Source: the human T2T-CHM13v2.0 reference genome, Homo sapiens. From it: a stretch of 64,000 bases of DNA. This document shows positions 31,864-44,632 of the stretch, piece after piece (position 1 is the stretch's first letter; the number at the start of each line of letters is the position of its first letter). Under the pieces are notes generated by a model. That model made no database searches and was not told the origin of the DNA. It worked only from the letters and a program-made list of their open reading frames with translations. The translations under genes and the position numbers were made by a program. The DNA lies in assembly GCF_009914755.1 (NCBI RefSeq), contig NC_060933.1, one strand, 5' to 3'.

Positions 31864-33109
31864 TTAGTGACAAATTTTTATTTTTACTCTCATTTGTCAA
31901 CATTACCAAATTATTTTCTTGAAAAAAATGTTTTATTTTGTGTATACCTAAATAATTTAAAGGACCAATCCTGCAGAGTACTTCCCTCTCCCTTCTGAAA
32001 AATATATAACACAAAGTACTCAAAAAGTATCCAGCAAATTAACACATGTGAAAGATGGTACTAGACACCTAGGAATTATGTACCAATCCTGGAATTCATA
32101 CTCAAGCTGCCCCTGATTTCCAACACCTCCATCCCCCAGAATGAGGACTCTCTTTACCCAGGTGTCCCTACATTACATGGCTGCAGCAGGGATCTCTGTG
32201 CTATCATCAGGGAGAACAAGCCCTGGAAATACGTGAATAAGGAATTCCAGCCTATATGGTGATAGAACAAATCTTTTCTCTAGAACATTTAAGTCCCTCT
32301 TCTGCAAAGAACAAATAATTTACAGCTTCAGGGTATCTGATGATTTTGTTGCATAATGCTTAAAAGCACAAGCTATGGAGTGAGGCCAGCCTTCTCTAAA
32401 ACCCCAGGATCACCCTTTAAGTTTCATGACTGAAGCATTCTGTGTAACTACTCTGAATCTCAGTTTCCTCATCTGTGAAACTATGGCAATAACAATGTTA
32501 CCAGCATCAACAGGCGGTTGTGAAGATTTTTATTATTAGCTGTATTGAGAGGAATGGTGCTTAACTGTAAGCAGCTGCCCAGAGGATTCTTGTTCCCTGG
32601 GAAGGCAGTTCAGGGATCAGGCCCTTAGGCAGTAATTAAGAGAGCATGCAAATTAAGCGTATAGCAGGTGTGGTGAGAAGAGGGCATCAGGGGAGAGCAG
32701 TTGGCTATTTACCGGGAACCAAGATGAGGCTAAGACCTGCCTCTCCTTGTTATGAATATAACTTTGATTTTAAGAGGAACAAAACATTTATTTCAAATTT
32801 TCTCTAGTATGAAGACATATATTCAGTGAAAAATTTAGGGATTCTAAAGTCCCCTCAAAGCATTCAGGAGGACCATTTTATACTTCATTCATTGCCAAAC
32901 AGATGTCTTCCCTCCGTGCCACTCTAGAGGACTCTGAACAGCGCAAAGGCCAACAGAGAGCAAAGGGTAAGCAATAGAAAGACACTGACAGTAAGTCAGT
33001 CAACAAACTTGTATTGAGCACCTACTATGCACCAGACTCCATGTTAGGGATGATGAACAAACTGACATGGGCCCCTGCCCTCATGGAGTGTATATTTCTA
33101 GGTAACAGG

Positions 33110-33415
33110 TCTTTGGTGCCAATCTGGGGACATGCTACAGCAGAATCACCTGTGGTAAAAATGTAGCGTATTCAGAATCTGAACACAGACCCCCACCCTG
33201 ACCTAATGAATCAGACATTCTAGGAGGCAGAGGATACAGGAGGCTATATTTTTATCAGTGCCCTATGGTAAATCTGAGAAACACCCAGATTCGGAGAACT
33301 ACCATTGGTGTTTCTCAAAGCATGGTCTTTTGACCACCCACATCAAACTCAGCCTCCTAAGAGCACAACACAGGCACGCATGTTTTCAATGTACCCCAAG
33401 GTTTGAGAAGCGTTA
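33110..33415. mobile_element. MER5-like hAT MITE remnants
   Basis: CAGAATCACCTG..CCCCACCCTGACCTAATGAATCAGA; GTTTCTCAAAGCATGGTC..GTTTGAGAAGC. Confidence 0.6.
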
Positions 33416-34048
33416 TGCTTGACTTTTTCTCTTACACCTCTCCCTTCCTATTAAATGACATGTATGTGAAAATGCAGTATAAATTGTAAAGCATGATACA
33501 AAGTTAGTTGGGTATAGTTCCTAGGACCTTTCAATAAACTGAGGAAGTCCAGCATATACAAGTAACTGAAATCGGTGTGGAATATGATGAGGCATTCCTC
33601 AGAGCTCAACAGGTCTCTGGCAGAATCTTCATGGTTCTTCTTATAGCAGCAGAGCCTTCTAGCAGGTAAGGCTGCTAAAACAATACCGTTACTTCAAATG
33701 AAGGTCCTTCTGCCTCTGCCCCCCACCAGAGCACAGCTGGGGTGCCTGAGCAGTTACATGCTTGGGTGGCATCCTCTCTGAAGGTCCCTAGAGTATATGC
33801 CCTCAGCTGGGCCATTAGCAGAACCTTTTATATCGTGACAGAAATATTTGTTAGGTGGACCCTGTGAGAGCGTAGTAATATGCCATGGCAATATACCCCT
33901 TAAACATTTAGCTTTCTCAGCAGATCATGAAATACAAATTCGGGATGCAGGATTAGGATGAAAAAGAAACTAGATGGATAGGAGGGGAGAGACAGATGGT
34001 TAGAGAAGACACTAAATTCCCATTTTAGATGTGATGAATGACAGGCAC

Positions 34049-34635
34049 TGATATGGTTTGTAATCCCCACCTGTGGAGGGAAGGAGGTGATTGGATCATG
34101 GGGATGATTTTTATTATTAGCTATACTGAGAGAAACTGTAAGCAGCTGCCCAGAGGATTCTTGTTCCCTGGGAAGGCAGCTCAGGGATCAGGCCCTTAGG
34201 CAGTAATTAAGAGAGCACGAAAATTAAACGTATAGCAGGTGTGGTGGGAAGAGGGCATCAGGGGAGAGCCGTTGGATATTTACCGGGAGCCAAGATGAGG
34301 CTAAGACCTGCCTCTCCTTGTTATGAATTTAACTCTTTTTTTCTTAAAGAGGAACAAAACGTTTATTTCAAATTTTCTCTGGTATGAAGACATATATTCA
34401 GTGAAAAATTTAGGGATTCTAAGGTCCCCTCAAAGCATTCAGGAGGACCACTGTGCATTCAGAGGACACTCTCTTGCCTGCTGCCAGGTAAGACATACCT
34501 GCTTCCCCTTCTGCCATAATTGTAAGCTTCCTGAAGCCTCCCCAGCATGCAGAACTGTGAGCCAATTAAACCTCCTTCCCTATGAATTACCCAGTCTCAG
34601 GGTTCTTTACAGCAGCGTGAGAACGGTCTAATACA
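34049..34635 (+). mobile_element. THE1/MST-type MaLR LTR whose middle is replaced by a copy of nearby DNA
   Basis: TGATATGGTTT...CTAATACA termini; flanks GGCAC/GACAC; foreign insert 34106-34450. Confidence 0.85.
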
Positions 34636-36239
34636 GACACCTTTGGAATATCCAGGTGGGGTTGCCACATATGGCTGCAAATCAAGAGTGTGAAGGTCAG
34701 AAAGTTAACTAAGACCAATGACAGAGACATAGCAGGCTTCAGCTAGAAGTGGCAGGCAGTCTGCATACTGAGAAAATAGATGAAGAAAAACTCAGCAAAT
34801 GGAGAAACATATAAAGCAAGAGGAGAGAGTGTAGGGAAAGACCTTAAAAAAGAGGGACAAAAGAGGGAAGAGGTGACTCCTAAGAGCGGAGGGCTGAAAA
34901 GCCAAAAGGAGGTTAACATTTCTAGGAAAACGAATCGCCAGTGTCAAATACCACAGAGTAGTGAGTAAGGACAGGAACAGAGGACAGGCCCTGGGATTCA
35001 CGATCTGCACGTCACTGGTGACAACGTCCAAGAGCAACAGACTGGGGGGATGTGGAACTATTTCCTTCACGGTTTTGACCAGCGTGCTTACTAATAAATC
35101 TCAATTCCCTTCATAGCTCTGATTTGATTGTTTTCTGCGAAGGATTCTCAGTTACACGGATGTTATCATTGAACATTAGATACTTTGCTTTCCGAATGGC
35201 TGCCTCATTAAGAATCGCAATTTAGCTGGATGTGTCCTCATCGGACTTCCCCAGCCTTCTACTCACTCTCACCTTGCCCCTACTCTCCCTACCTCCCAAG
35301 GGGACTGGAGCATGATTTTTCAGGGATTGTGGTGCACCTCTGCCATATGGTGGACATTCAAAGAAAATTTAATTACTAATGTGAATGGAAAGGATTTAGG
35401 AAGTGGGTGGGAAAACAGTCTCCTCTCATATTGGAAATACAGTTACTTCCCCTTTCAAAATAAATATAAGTATTTATATTTCAAAGTTAAATATAACTAG
35501 ACGATAGTTGTACCCTATAGTGCAGTATGACAGGGAAGGTGTAGGCTTTGGTGTCAAACCAACCTAAGGACTGAGTCTCAGCTGTTGCGCATTGCACACC
35601 TGCAAAGACAGGTAATATTCTTTACTTGTAAGGTGGTTGGAAGAGCTGAACTGAATAACGTGGAAAGAGTCGATCACAGGGCTTTGTGCAGAATAGGAGG
35701 GCAGTATAAAGTAGCAGGGGGGCTATTAGTACTGGCTATTGTTTACTCATCCTATAAGCTGCTTATTCAGAAAACTACAGTAACTTTCCAAATAATTTGG
35801 GCAGGAAAACCTCACCACCTTTCATCTAGAAAGATCTAATCACTTCTTTGAACGCCATTCACCCAAGAGGGCACAACTCCTACCAACATGAAAAGCAGAT
35901 CTTGTGAAAGCCCACTTGCTGCCATCTCCCAGCCATTTCTCCGACTTCAGACCGGTGAACATCGTGCATTAGAAAGTGTTGTTACATGTCCAAGGAAATC
36001 TACATATAGAACTTTTGCCACGGAAATGCTGAAGTCCTATTCTGACAGCGTGACTCCGATGTCCACTTGGCAGGCTTTGCGCAAAGAATTAAGGCGAGGG
36101 TGGAGAGGGTGGGTAGGGTGGGGACGGACAAAGTGAGAAGGGAGGCGGGCCAAGTGACCACACGTACATGAAGCCTCTCCAGTTATGGCCAAATCATTTT
36201 TTAAAAATAATTCCATTTCTTCCCCACCCTTTGGTCACT

Positions 36240-36830
36240 TCCTAACGCCGGCTGGGGAGTCACATGCTAAGCTCCAAAGTGAGCAACAGACACCCTCGTC
36301 CCAGGTCCCATGCTGGCAGAAGCGGACCCGGGCCGAGGGATCAGCCCTCCCACTTCCAGCGGAGGAGCCCTTCGCAACCCTAGCCTCCAGCCCGGGGCGA
36401 AGTCCTCCAGGCCCGCGGGGGCGCCCGCAGGCTCCGCCCCTTCTTCGGCTAGCTGCCCGTCCGTCCCGCCCCTGCTCCGCCCTTCCCGCCCCTGCTCCGC
36501 CCATCGCGCGGCGGCCCCGGGGGCGAGAGGGGGCGGAGCGTGGAGGCGGCAGCTGGAACCGCGCAGCGCACGGGAACGCGTCCCGCTGCTTGGGTCAGGT
36601 TCGCCGGTCGCGGGAGCCCCGCCGTGCAGTCGGAGGTGAGTACCGACGCGGCCCGACCCACGTCCCCAGGCGGGAGCGCCGTCCACCCTGTATCCCTCGA
36701 GAGTCGGTGCGGGCCTTTACCGAGGTGCCCGAGGCAGTGGCGGCCCGGGGGACACGGAGGCGAGCTTGGGGAGGCTGAGAGGAGAATCGGGGACGTGTTT
36801 CTGGCGACTGACGTCTCCACCCTGTCCCCA
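36240..36830 (+). promoter_or_regulatory. ACO1: CpG-island, TATA-less promoter of ACO1 with multiple GC boxes
   Basis: Only CpG-dense stretch in the window; CTCCGCCC/CCCGCCCC/GGGGCGGAG boxes at ~36430-36540; followed by a strong splice donor. Confidence 0.92.
36543..36635 (+). other. ACO1: ACO1 exon 1 (non-coding 5'UTR; start approximate)
   Basis: Ends at consensus donor GAG|GTGAGT (GT at 36636-36637) within the CpG island; no ATG. Confidence 0.85.
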
Positions 36831-37274
36831 GTCTATGTCATGCCGGGGAGAGAAACCAGGGATTGGAAGTGGCTTTCCTAGACCCTTCTTAGCCTTGGCT
36901 GTGCGTGCTGTCCTGAAAGTCCTTGCCTAGGGTGTGCGGCCAGTCCTGGGAGTCCTAACCCCGAGGGTGTGAGGCCCGCACTGGGAGTCCTCGCCCAGGC
37001 CCGGCTGGCTGGATAGGGAAACCCTTGCTAAAGTTGTGCGGGCAGATCCGGGAATCCACTCCAAGGGGTAAAGGGAAAATGGGATGAGGGGGAAGAGACC
37101 CTTCGTGGGAGGCTTGAACACAGAGCCCACCATGATAGATTCAGAGATCTAGAAAGGAGCTTGGGCTGCAGTTATGACCAAGTCATTTTTTTCTAGATTC
37201 AGCTAGCACATCATAATGGCATCTTCCTTCTTGCAACACATGTAACTCTCTTCCCTGGGGGACAACCTCTAGGA

Positions 37275-37752
37275 CAGAAGTCCCCAAACTTTTCTGGTAC
37301 TCAGTACTCCTTTACACTCTTAAAAATTAGTATCTTAAGGAGCTTTTATGTGTGTTATATCTATCCATATTTATAATATGTAAGTAAGACTGAGAAATTT
37401 GTACTATAATAATTCATTTAAAAAGAATAGTGAACTAATTATATCTTAACATTGCCTATTTTTATGAAAAAGAACTATATTTCCCAAAACAGAAAATGAT
37501 TGAGAAGAGTGGCATTGTTTTACATTTTTGCAAATCTCTTTGATGTCAAGCGTAATTGAAGACAGCTGGATTCTGATAGCTGCTTCTGCAGTCTGTTGCA
37601 ATATCACATATCATGTAGCCTCTTGAGACCTCCACTGTATACTCCTGAAAATGTGTGAATGAAAAAAAGCAAGTAACATTTTATTACTAGGAAAATGGTT
37701 TTGACTTTGGAGATCCCTAGGAGTTCTCTGCACCACACTTTGAGGATGCTAG
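37275..37752. mobile_element. hAT-Charlie DNA transposon fossil (MER119-like)
   Basis: CAGAAGTCCCCAAACT start; GAGAAGAGTGGCATTGTTTTACATTTTTGCAAATCTC; ACCACACTTTGAGG end. Confidence 0.6.
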
Positions 37753-39198
37753 TGTAGGAAATGCTTCAGAGGCTTCATTCATTGGGCCTGCTTCTTGTTT
37801 GTGATCCTTCCTCTGATTGGGAACACACACCACCTCATGCCATGGACAGTATTAACCTCTGGTATCTGGAACCAAGTTTGATCTCACTTTGGAAACCATG
37901 TACTAGGTCCCCACGTGAGGCTGTGATGAACCTTGCCAGCCTCCTGAAAAGTCAGCAAGGCTTCGCACATGCCTTTGGTTGTCTCTGTGCTTGCAGAGCT
38001 GACCTGTCTGTGCATCAGGATTACAACAGTGATGTGGCAAACAGGACCTGTAGGCTCACAAAAGTGCCAGTGGGGAGACCATGCCAAGTGTGTAGGGGTT
38101 CCTGTGAGAGTTACCAAGTAGTCAGGAAGTTATTTCCAAAAGAACAAGGAGGCATGCTTTTGCCTTCCCTTGCACGTGTTCATTTCTGTTTGCAGTTGCA
38201 TGGTTATTAGCCTTGAGTTTATTGGAATAATGATTTCCAGTCTTGACGTTCTTTCACTTTCCACTTTCAGAGGGTGTCACTCTGAGTGGTGCTTCCTCAG
38301 CCCCTGTCAAAAAGCAGTTTCCACCATCCTGGAGTGTGGTAGGTGAGGTCCTTCACGGGACTCTTTCCTTAGCTTCGTGCCTTGTCAGAACAAGTTCAAG
38401 ACAGATGTTATGTGTATATATTTGGGAGGAAGAAATTTTCTAACTCCATCCTCCCTTTTGTTCCTTCATCCATAGAGCCTCTTGTGCTCTGATGGATCAG
38501 TTTAAATGCTACAGCCGATACTTGAGAAATGTTGCATGCACATGAGCGTGTTGTGTGTGTTGCACAGTCCACAGGTGAGGAGGAGGAGAAGTCCACAGGA
38601 GAAGGAAATGGGATCTAAACTCTGAGCACCTGCTGTGTTCTTTGTATTAAAAAATTCCACTTTGATGGTGGGGTCTCATTCCTTCATTCTTTCAGTAGAT
38701 TTTTATTGGCCACCTATTTCTCATGTGTCCAGTTATGTGCGGGATGCCAGGAAAGTAGTGAGCACAAAAGATGCAGTCCCTGTCTTTCTGGCAATTATGG
38801 TCTGATAGCTTTGATAACTGCTGGTTAATTGAGATAGTCTATTATATAGTCAGAGTGTGTACATGAAAGCTGGTCCTGTGTGAAGAGCAGTACCCCCTAC
38901 CTAAAGTGTGCTTCAAAGGCATGTGCTGAAGAAACCAGTCCCACACTGTGAAGATGATGATAAAAACCAACGTGTATCACCACGTGCCTGGCAAAGAACT
39001 TCCTTTGCCTTCTTTCCCCCACTCTTCCTTCTACATAGGAAGTAATTTCCTGTGAGGCAGCCAGATTCACAGGGAAATTACCTCCAACCTGGTGCCAGTC
39101 ACTGGGCCAGCCTCGGGTTAAGACACTTTCTCTGGGTCTCAGTGTCTTTGACTTTAAAATGAGGAGTTAGGCCATTGATAGTAAGTGTCCCAAGGAGC

Positions 39199-39390
39199 CA
39201 GTGGTTTCAGAGCTGGTTTATACTAGCATTTGTGCATATCTCTTCCTAACTCCGTGTTCAGTGGCAACACATTTTTTAGATTGAAATAAGCCATGGTGGG
39301 AATAATAACACCATGGAAATTGGCAAATGCTACATCAGAGCTTTTTTTTCCTCTTGGAGTTCAAGTTGTTAAACCTTTGCCAGCTGACAC
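39199..39390. mobile_element. MER63-like hAT fossil
   Basis: GTGCATATCTCTTCCTAACTCC..CACCATGGAAATTGGCAAATGCTACA. Confidence 0.65.
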
Positions 39391-39544
39391 TGCTATTGTC
39401 TGAGCCAAGGTGCTTTTGGTTTGTTTTTTTAGTAGAAAACAGACTCTTTAGCCTAGACAAAGATCCTAGATATAGGGTGTATGATTCAAGTCCTCTAAAA
39501 TTTTTGATAAGGAAAAAAATCTGTTTTCATCATATTCTAAAATA

Positions 39545-39755
39545 TAGATCAGCAAACTTTTTGTGTAAAGGGACAGGTAGTGACATATTTTAGGCTTTTT
39601 GGGTTATGGTTATACAGTTTCTATTGCAGCTACTCAGCTCTGGTGTTGAAGCACGAAAGCGGCAATAGACAACATGCAAACAAACAAGCATGGCTGTGTT
39701 CCAGTCAAACTTGATTTACAAAAACAAGGGCCAGCCATAGTTTGCAGACTCCTGA
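39545..39755. mobile_element. MER58A-like MITE
   Basis: CAGCAAACTTTT..GTAAAGGG..CATGGCTGTGTTCCA..ATAGTTTGCAGACTCCTG. Confidence 0.8.
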
Positions 39756-40154
39756 CCTAGACTATCAGAACAAGAACCATGTTTCAAAGAGAGAGTTTTA
39801 TGGAAAAGGAGATTCTTCAGGACTTTATGCGTGAATACCAGAAACTTGAGTCTCCAAGATGGACGTAGCGGGCAGTAGTAACTGTAGAGGATTTGGAATC
39901 AATCATGGAAGACTCCATAGTAGGTTGTTTAAAGGAAGGCCAAGTGTGTTGAAGTTTTGAGGACAGAGCCACATATGGGTCTTATTCCCAACTCCCTCCC
40001 TGGAGCCATCTCAGATGTTATGCTAGAATGGATGTACCTGCAGTCTAACCCGTTGTGTGAATTTTGCATATTATTATGCAAAAACTAGTAGTGTCTCTAA
40101 GAGCTGTCTTGATTCCAGGGGCAGAGACAAAGGAAATGTTAAAAAGGATGGAAA

Positions 40155-40544
<390 letters not shown>

Positions 40545-41698
40545 TCATTACATATTCCATTCCATGTATTTAAAGTAGCATCATGAATGTTTAGAAGATA
40601 GACCAGTAGCCAGTTCTGGGCAGTGGAATGAGGTAGAAGGAAGCCAGAGAACTTTTGTTACTTTTCATAATAACAGATGTGTGCCTATCTTATAAGGGAG
40701 GATAGCCTGTAGCATTCATATATTGCTTTTACAACATAGTAAACCTAAAATCCCAACAACGTATACTTTCGGAAGGAAAATAGAGTTATTTCTCTGATAG
40801 GAATGTTGCCACCATCCTCCTCCCCCAATTAAAAAAAACTGCTTTGTCATATCACAGCTCTGAACTTGTATATATAATATTAGTATAAAAATAAGAGAGA
40901 GACTCTCAAGTCAAAACATTTTATTTAACAGTATTAATGTTTGACTCTTGTCCAGGGTTAGTAATACTAGTTCAAAGTGTTCCTTAGCAAGCTATTGTGC
41001 AGCCTTTACACTGGTGTTACAAAATAGTGTTGTATAGTTTTTAAACTAAAAAAAGCATGTTACACAGCAGTATTTCCCTGTGATTCTGTATTTCTGAGGA
41101 GAGAAAGCATGTGCATATATGTACGAGTGTGCCCCTGCATGTACAAAGGCAGCGGATATGCCAAAACATTGAGTGCTTTTCTCTAGGTGATACAGCACAC
41201 TTGCTTTTTAGATTTTCTTCATTTTAGCTTATCGGGGTTTTCAAGCATGAATAAATATTACATTTGACATTACCAAAATCAACCCCTACAGTATGTTTAC
41301 ACCTGGTATGTTGAGGACAGTTCTTCCATCTTTCTTAGGCTGTCTTACCACCAGCTTACCTGGTAGCAGACTCCAGCTACTGTCTCCCAGTGAGAAATGT
41401 GAGGAGTGTGAGGCATGGCGAACCGAAAAACAGGCACACTTACCATGTAGTCACATTGTGCTGTGTCTGCTTCCCCTGTAGAGTCTGTCTGACCTTGGCC
41501 TCGCCCTCTCACTTCAGTTGACTGGCACCATCAGCTGACCGTCTCCCTAGATCGACTGGCCTTCATTTCTTTTTTTTTTTTTTCCTTTTCTCTATTTTTA
41601 ATGGAAAATCTCAGACATACAAAGTGGGGAGGAGAGTATAAACCCTCAGCCTCAACGACTGTGAACAGTGATAATTGGCCAATTTTGTTTCCTCTATA

Positions 41699-41998
41699 CT
41701 TTTTTTTTTTTTTTTTTTGAGACAGCGTCTCACTCTGTCACACAGGCTAGAGTGCAGTGGTGCAACCTCAGCTCACTCCAACCTCCACCTCCCGGGTTCA
41801 AGCAATTCTTCTGTCTCAGCCTCAGAATAGCTGGAATTACAGGCGTGCGCCACCACGCCCAGCCGATTTTTGTATTTTCAGTAGAGATGGGGTTTCACCA
41901 TGTTGGCCAGGTTGGTCTCGAATTCCTTACTTCAGGTGATCCGCCTGCCTCAGCCTCCTGAAGTGCTGGGATTACAGGCATGAGCCACTGCGCCTGGC
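41699..41998 (-). mobile_element. Alu (AluS-like)
   Basis: Poly(T) plus antisense Alu. Confidence 0.95.
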
Positions 41999-44632
41999 TC
42001 TTCCCTTATACTTTTCTTCAACATCACCTCTTTTTCTTTCTGGCAAGAGTTGGCATCTTCATTTGCAGCTGTATAAATTAACGAGAATCACTTATTAGGT
42101 CTTTTAGGAATAAGCATGTATTGACTGCTGTAGCAAAAATCTTAAAACTGTTCTGCCCTAATGTCAGCCATACTGAACTGCTGAGCAGCCCCTGAACACT
42201 TGCTGCGCTATCCTGTTTCTCTACTTTGGTATTTGCTCTTTACTCTGCCTGTGCATCTGAATTCATCTTCCACTTCGTAGTTCTCTGTAAAGCCTTTCTT
42301 GAATCCCACTTGTAGCTGTCTCTTTCCTTTGACTTTTCTTATAACCCTCATCCTATTGTATTTGTGTGCTTATCTTAGTCTCCTTGTCAGATTGCAGTCT
42401 TCAAATAAGAGAAGGAATGTGTGCCTATCTTCTTTTCCTCTATGGTATTTAGCAATGCGTAATACAAAGAAGATACTCAAGAAATACATGCTAAAATAAT
42501 TTGAATTGATTAAGTTCACTGGAGAAAAATTTTGAGTATAAAAGAAATCCATCACATTAAAAGAAAAATTTTCAAATATGACCTAGGACCAAGAACATTT
42601 TCTTTCATCTGTTTGGATTTTAAAAGATTTTAAAGAATCATGGTGAAAAGAGTCTTAAATTTGAGCCATGAAAAGAGTCTTAAATTCGAGCCAATATAAA
42701 AACGTAGCTTTCTAAAAAGAAAATGTTTTTAATGATCTTTTGTCATTTTTTCACAAATATATCTGGAGCCTGTGGGTCTTCTCTAATCATACAATGCATC
42801 CCCTCACCTCCCCCCACCAGGCGAAAGACCTGAAAAAATAAAACTGAATAATATTGGGTCACTTGTATTGGATAAGAGTGATTCTTGACTATATTTTAAA
42901 TACTTGTTTTAGAATGTATATTTAAATCTTCAGTAAAAGAAACAGGCTACATTTAGAGCTTACCATAGGTAAGTCAATAGCAATCTCATGAATTATGGTA
43001 GCTCACGGGGATATAGTTCCCAGAATATGCAGTGCTTTCGTGTGTTACCTCATTTAATTATCCTAGCAGCCCTTGTCATCTGGGCAGAGCAGTGCAGACA
43101 GACATTGTTACCTAAAATCTGCAAAGAAGTAAACTAAGGTTTAAGAATATAGAAGAAATCTTGTCCTCAGCAGCAAGTGGCAGAGACTGACTTTAAGAAT
43201 CAATTGGAAACCAAGAGTCTTTGGGATTAGATGTTGCAAATATGTGAAGACGCAAAAGCATCTAAGCATGTCTTTGGGAGACGGAACAGGTTCTTGTGCC
43301 CCTTAATGCCATAGACCTATTGAAACAATATCACACTCTCTGAGCTAGTTGTTCCTCAGATTCCTCATGTTCTGCTGTTATCTTTGGTGTCAAAAATTAA
43401 TCCACCTTAGATGAATTAGTAAGGCTGTTTGTACATGAGTGCTGGTGTGGTTCTCTCTCATCCTCTTGTCTTGATCTAAGGAGAACCCTGGGCAAGCCCA
43501 TCTTTGGATAGTGTAACTTGTCTGGGCCACTGCTCGCAAAACAGACATGTATGGAACACTTAATTATTCAACATCCTTGTCATCCTTTCTATAACTGCTA
43601 TTGTGGAATTACATGGCAAGTTGCAAGTTGTGGCATAGTTCATGAAGAAGAGGTGTCAGTCTAGGAAAGTATCCTCCTACATGATTAGCAGGTTTGAATT
43701 TTTGGTTCAGAACAGATAAGATAAATAAGCCATTGCCAAGAATCTGCGATGTACAAGAGCTATGATGGGTGGACATTTGAAAGGTACAATTTTGTATTAA
43801 CGGCAGAATCAAAAGTAGCCTCAGGATTGGTTTTAAGGATGTTATGTTTCATAAACCCTTATTTTCTTAGATAAGAAATCAGTCTAAGTGCTAATAATGC
43901 CTATATTATTTACATCAACCCATTCTTTAAAAGTTACCATACAAATTTTGCCAAAATCAAGGATGTTTTAGGGAACATGAGGTTTACCATCTCGTCCCCA
44001 TATATGTGCTTTAGAGCTTGGAGATTGTTTTAAAATGAGATTTATTTTTTTTAAATGCATTTGGTTTTTTGGATCTTAATATGTTAAATGACTGTAAAAT
44101 GATATCACTTGTGCAGCCTGTTGGGAGGAGCATGGTGCAAGAGAGTTGGTTCTGACATCAGGAGCCTGAGTTTGACTTCCAGTTTGGTCACTTACCAGCC
44201 ATGAGACCATGGCAAGATACTTAGCCCGTCAGATCCTGTCTTCTCTCATGTGAAATGGGATGGTGATGCCCTTGTCACAAAGTTGCCAAGGGTCTGCATT
44301 AGAGGAATTGGATTAGATGCCTGGCACCCCACGGGCACTCAGCACATGTCTCCAGGCTGCTGAGCTTCTGGGTGACCTGGCACTCATGGGATAATGCCTG
44401 AACATTGCTGCTGTTCTTCCCAGCTTCTGTCCCAGTCCAACCTGCTAAGCTCCAGGCCCATATATGCCCCTGCCCGCAGGAGATCTTATCCCAGATCCAC
44501 CGTGTCTAAAACCAGCATCTCAGTTCCCATCTTGTTCATTGGCTCTGCCAGTTTGCCCAAATGAGAAACACAGAAGCTATTCGAGACCTATCTTTTTTCC
44601 TTACCTACCCCAGCCCATCCTGCTTTCATAAC

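Noticed and set aside
36615-36635. Possible autoregulatory iron-responsive element in ACO1 exon 1
   Set aside because: The loop reads CAGTCG rather than CAGUGN, and I find no 5-bp upper stem with a C bulge
36185-36881. Several 89-197 aa ORFs on both strands
   Set aside because: Stop-poor GC-rich CpG island; Pro/Arg/Gly low-complexity translations with no domain
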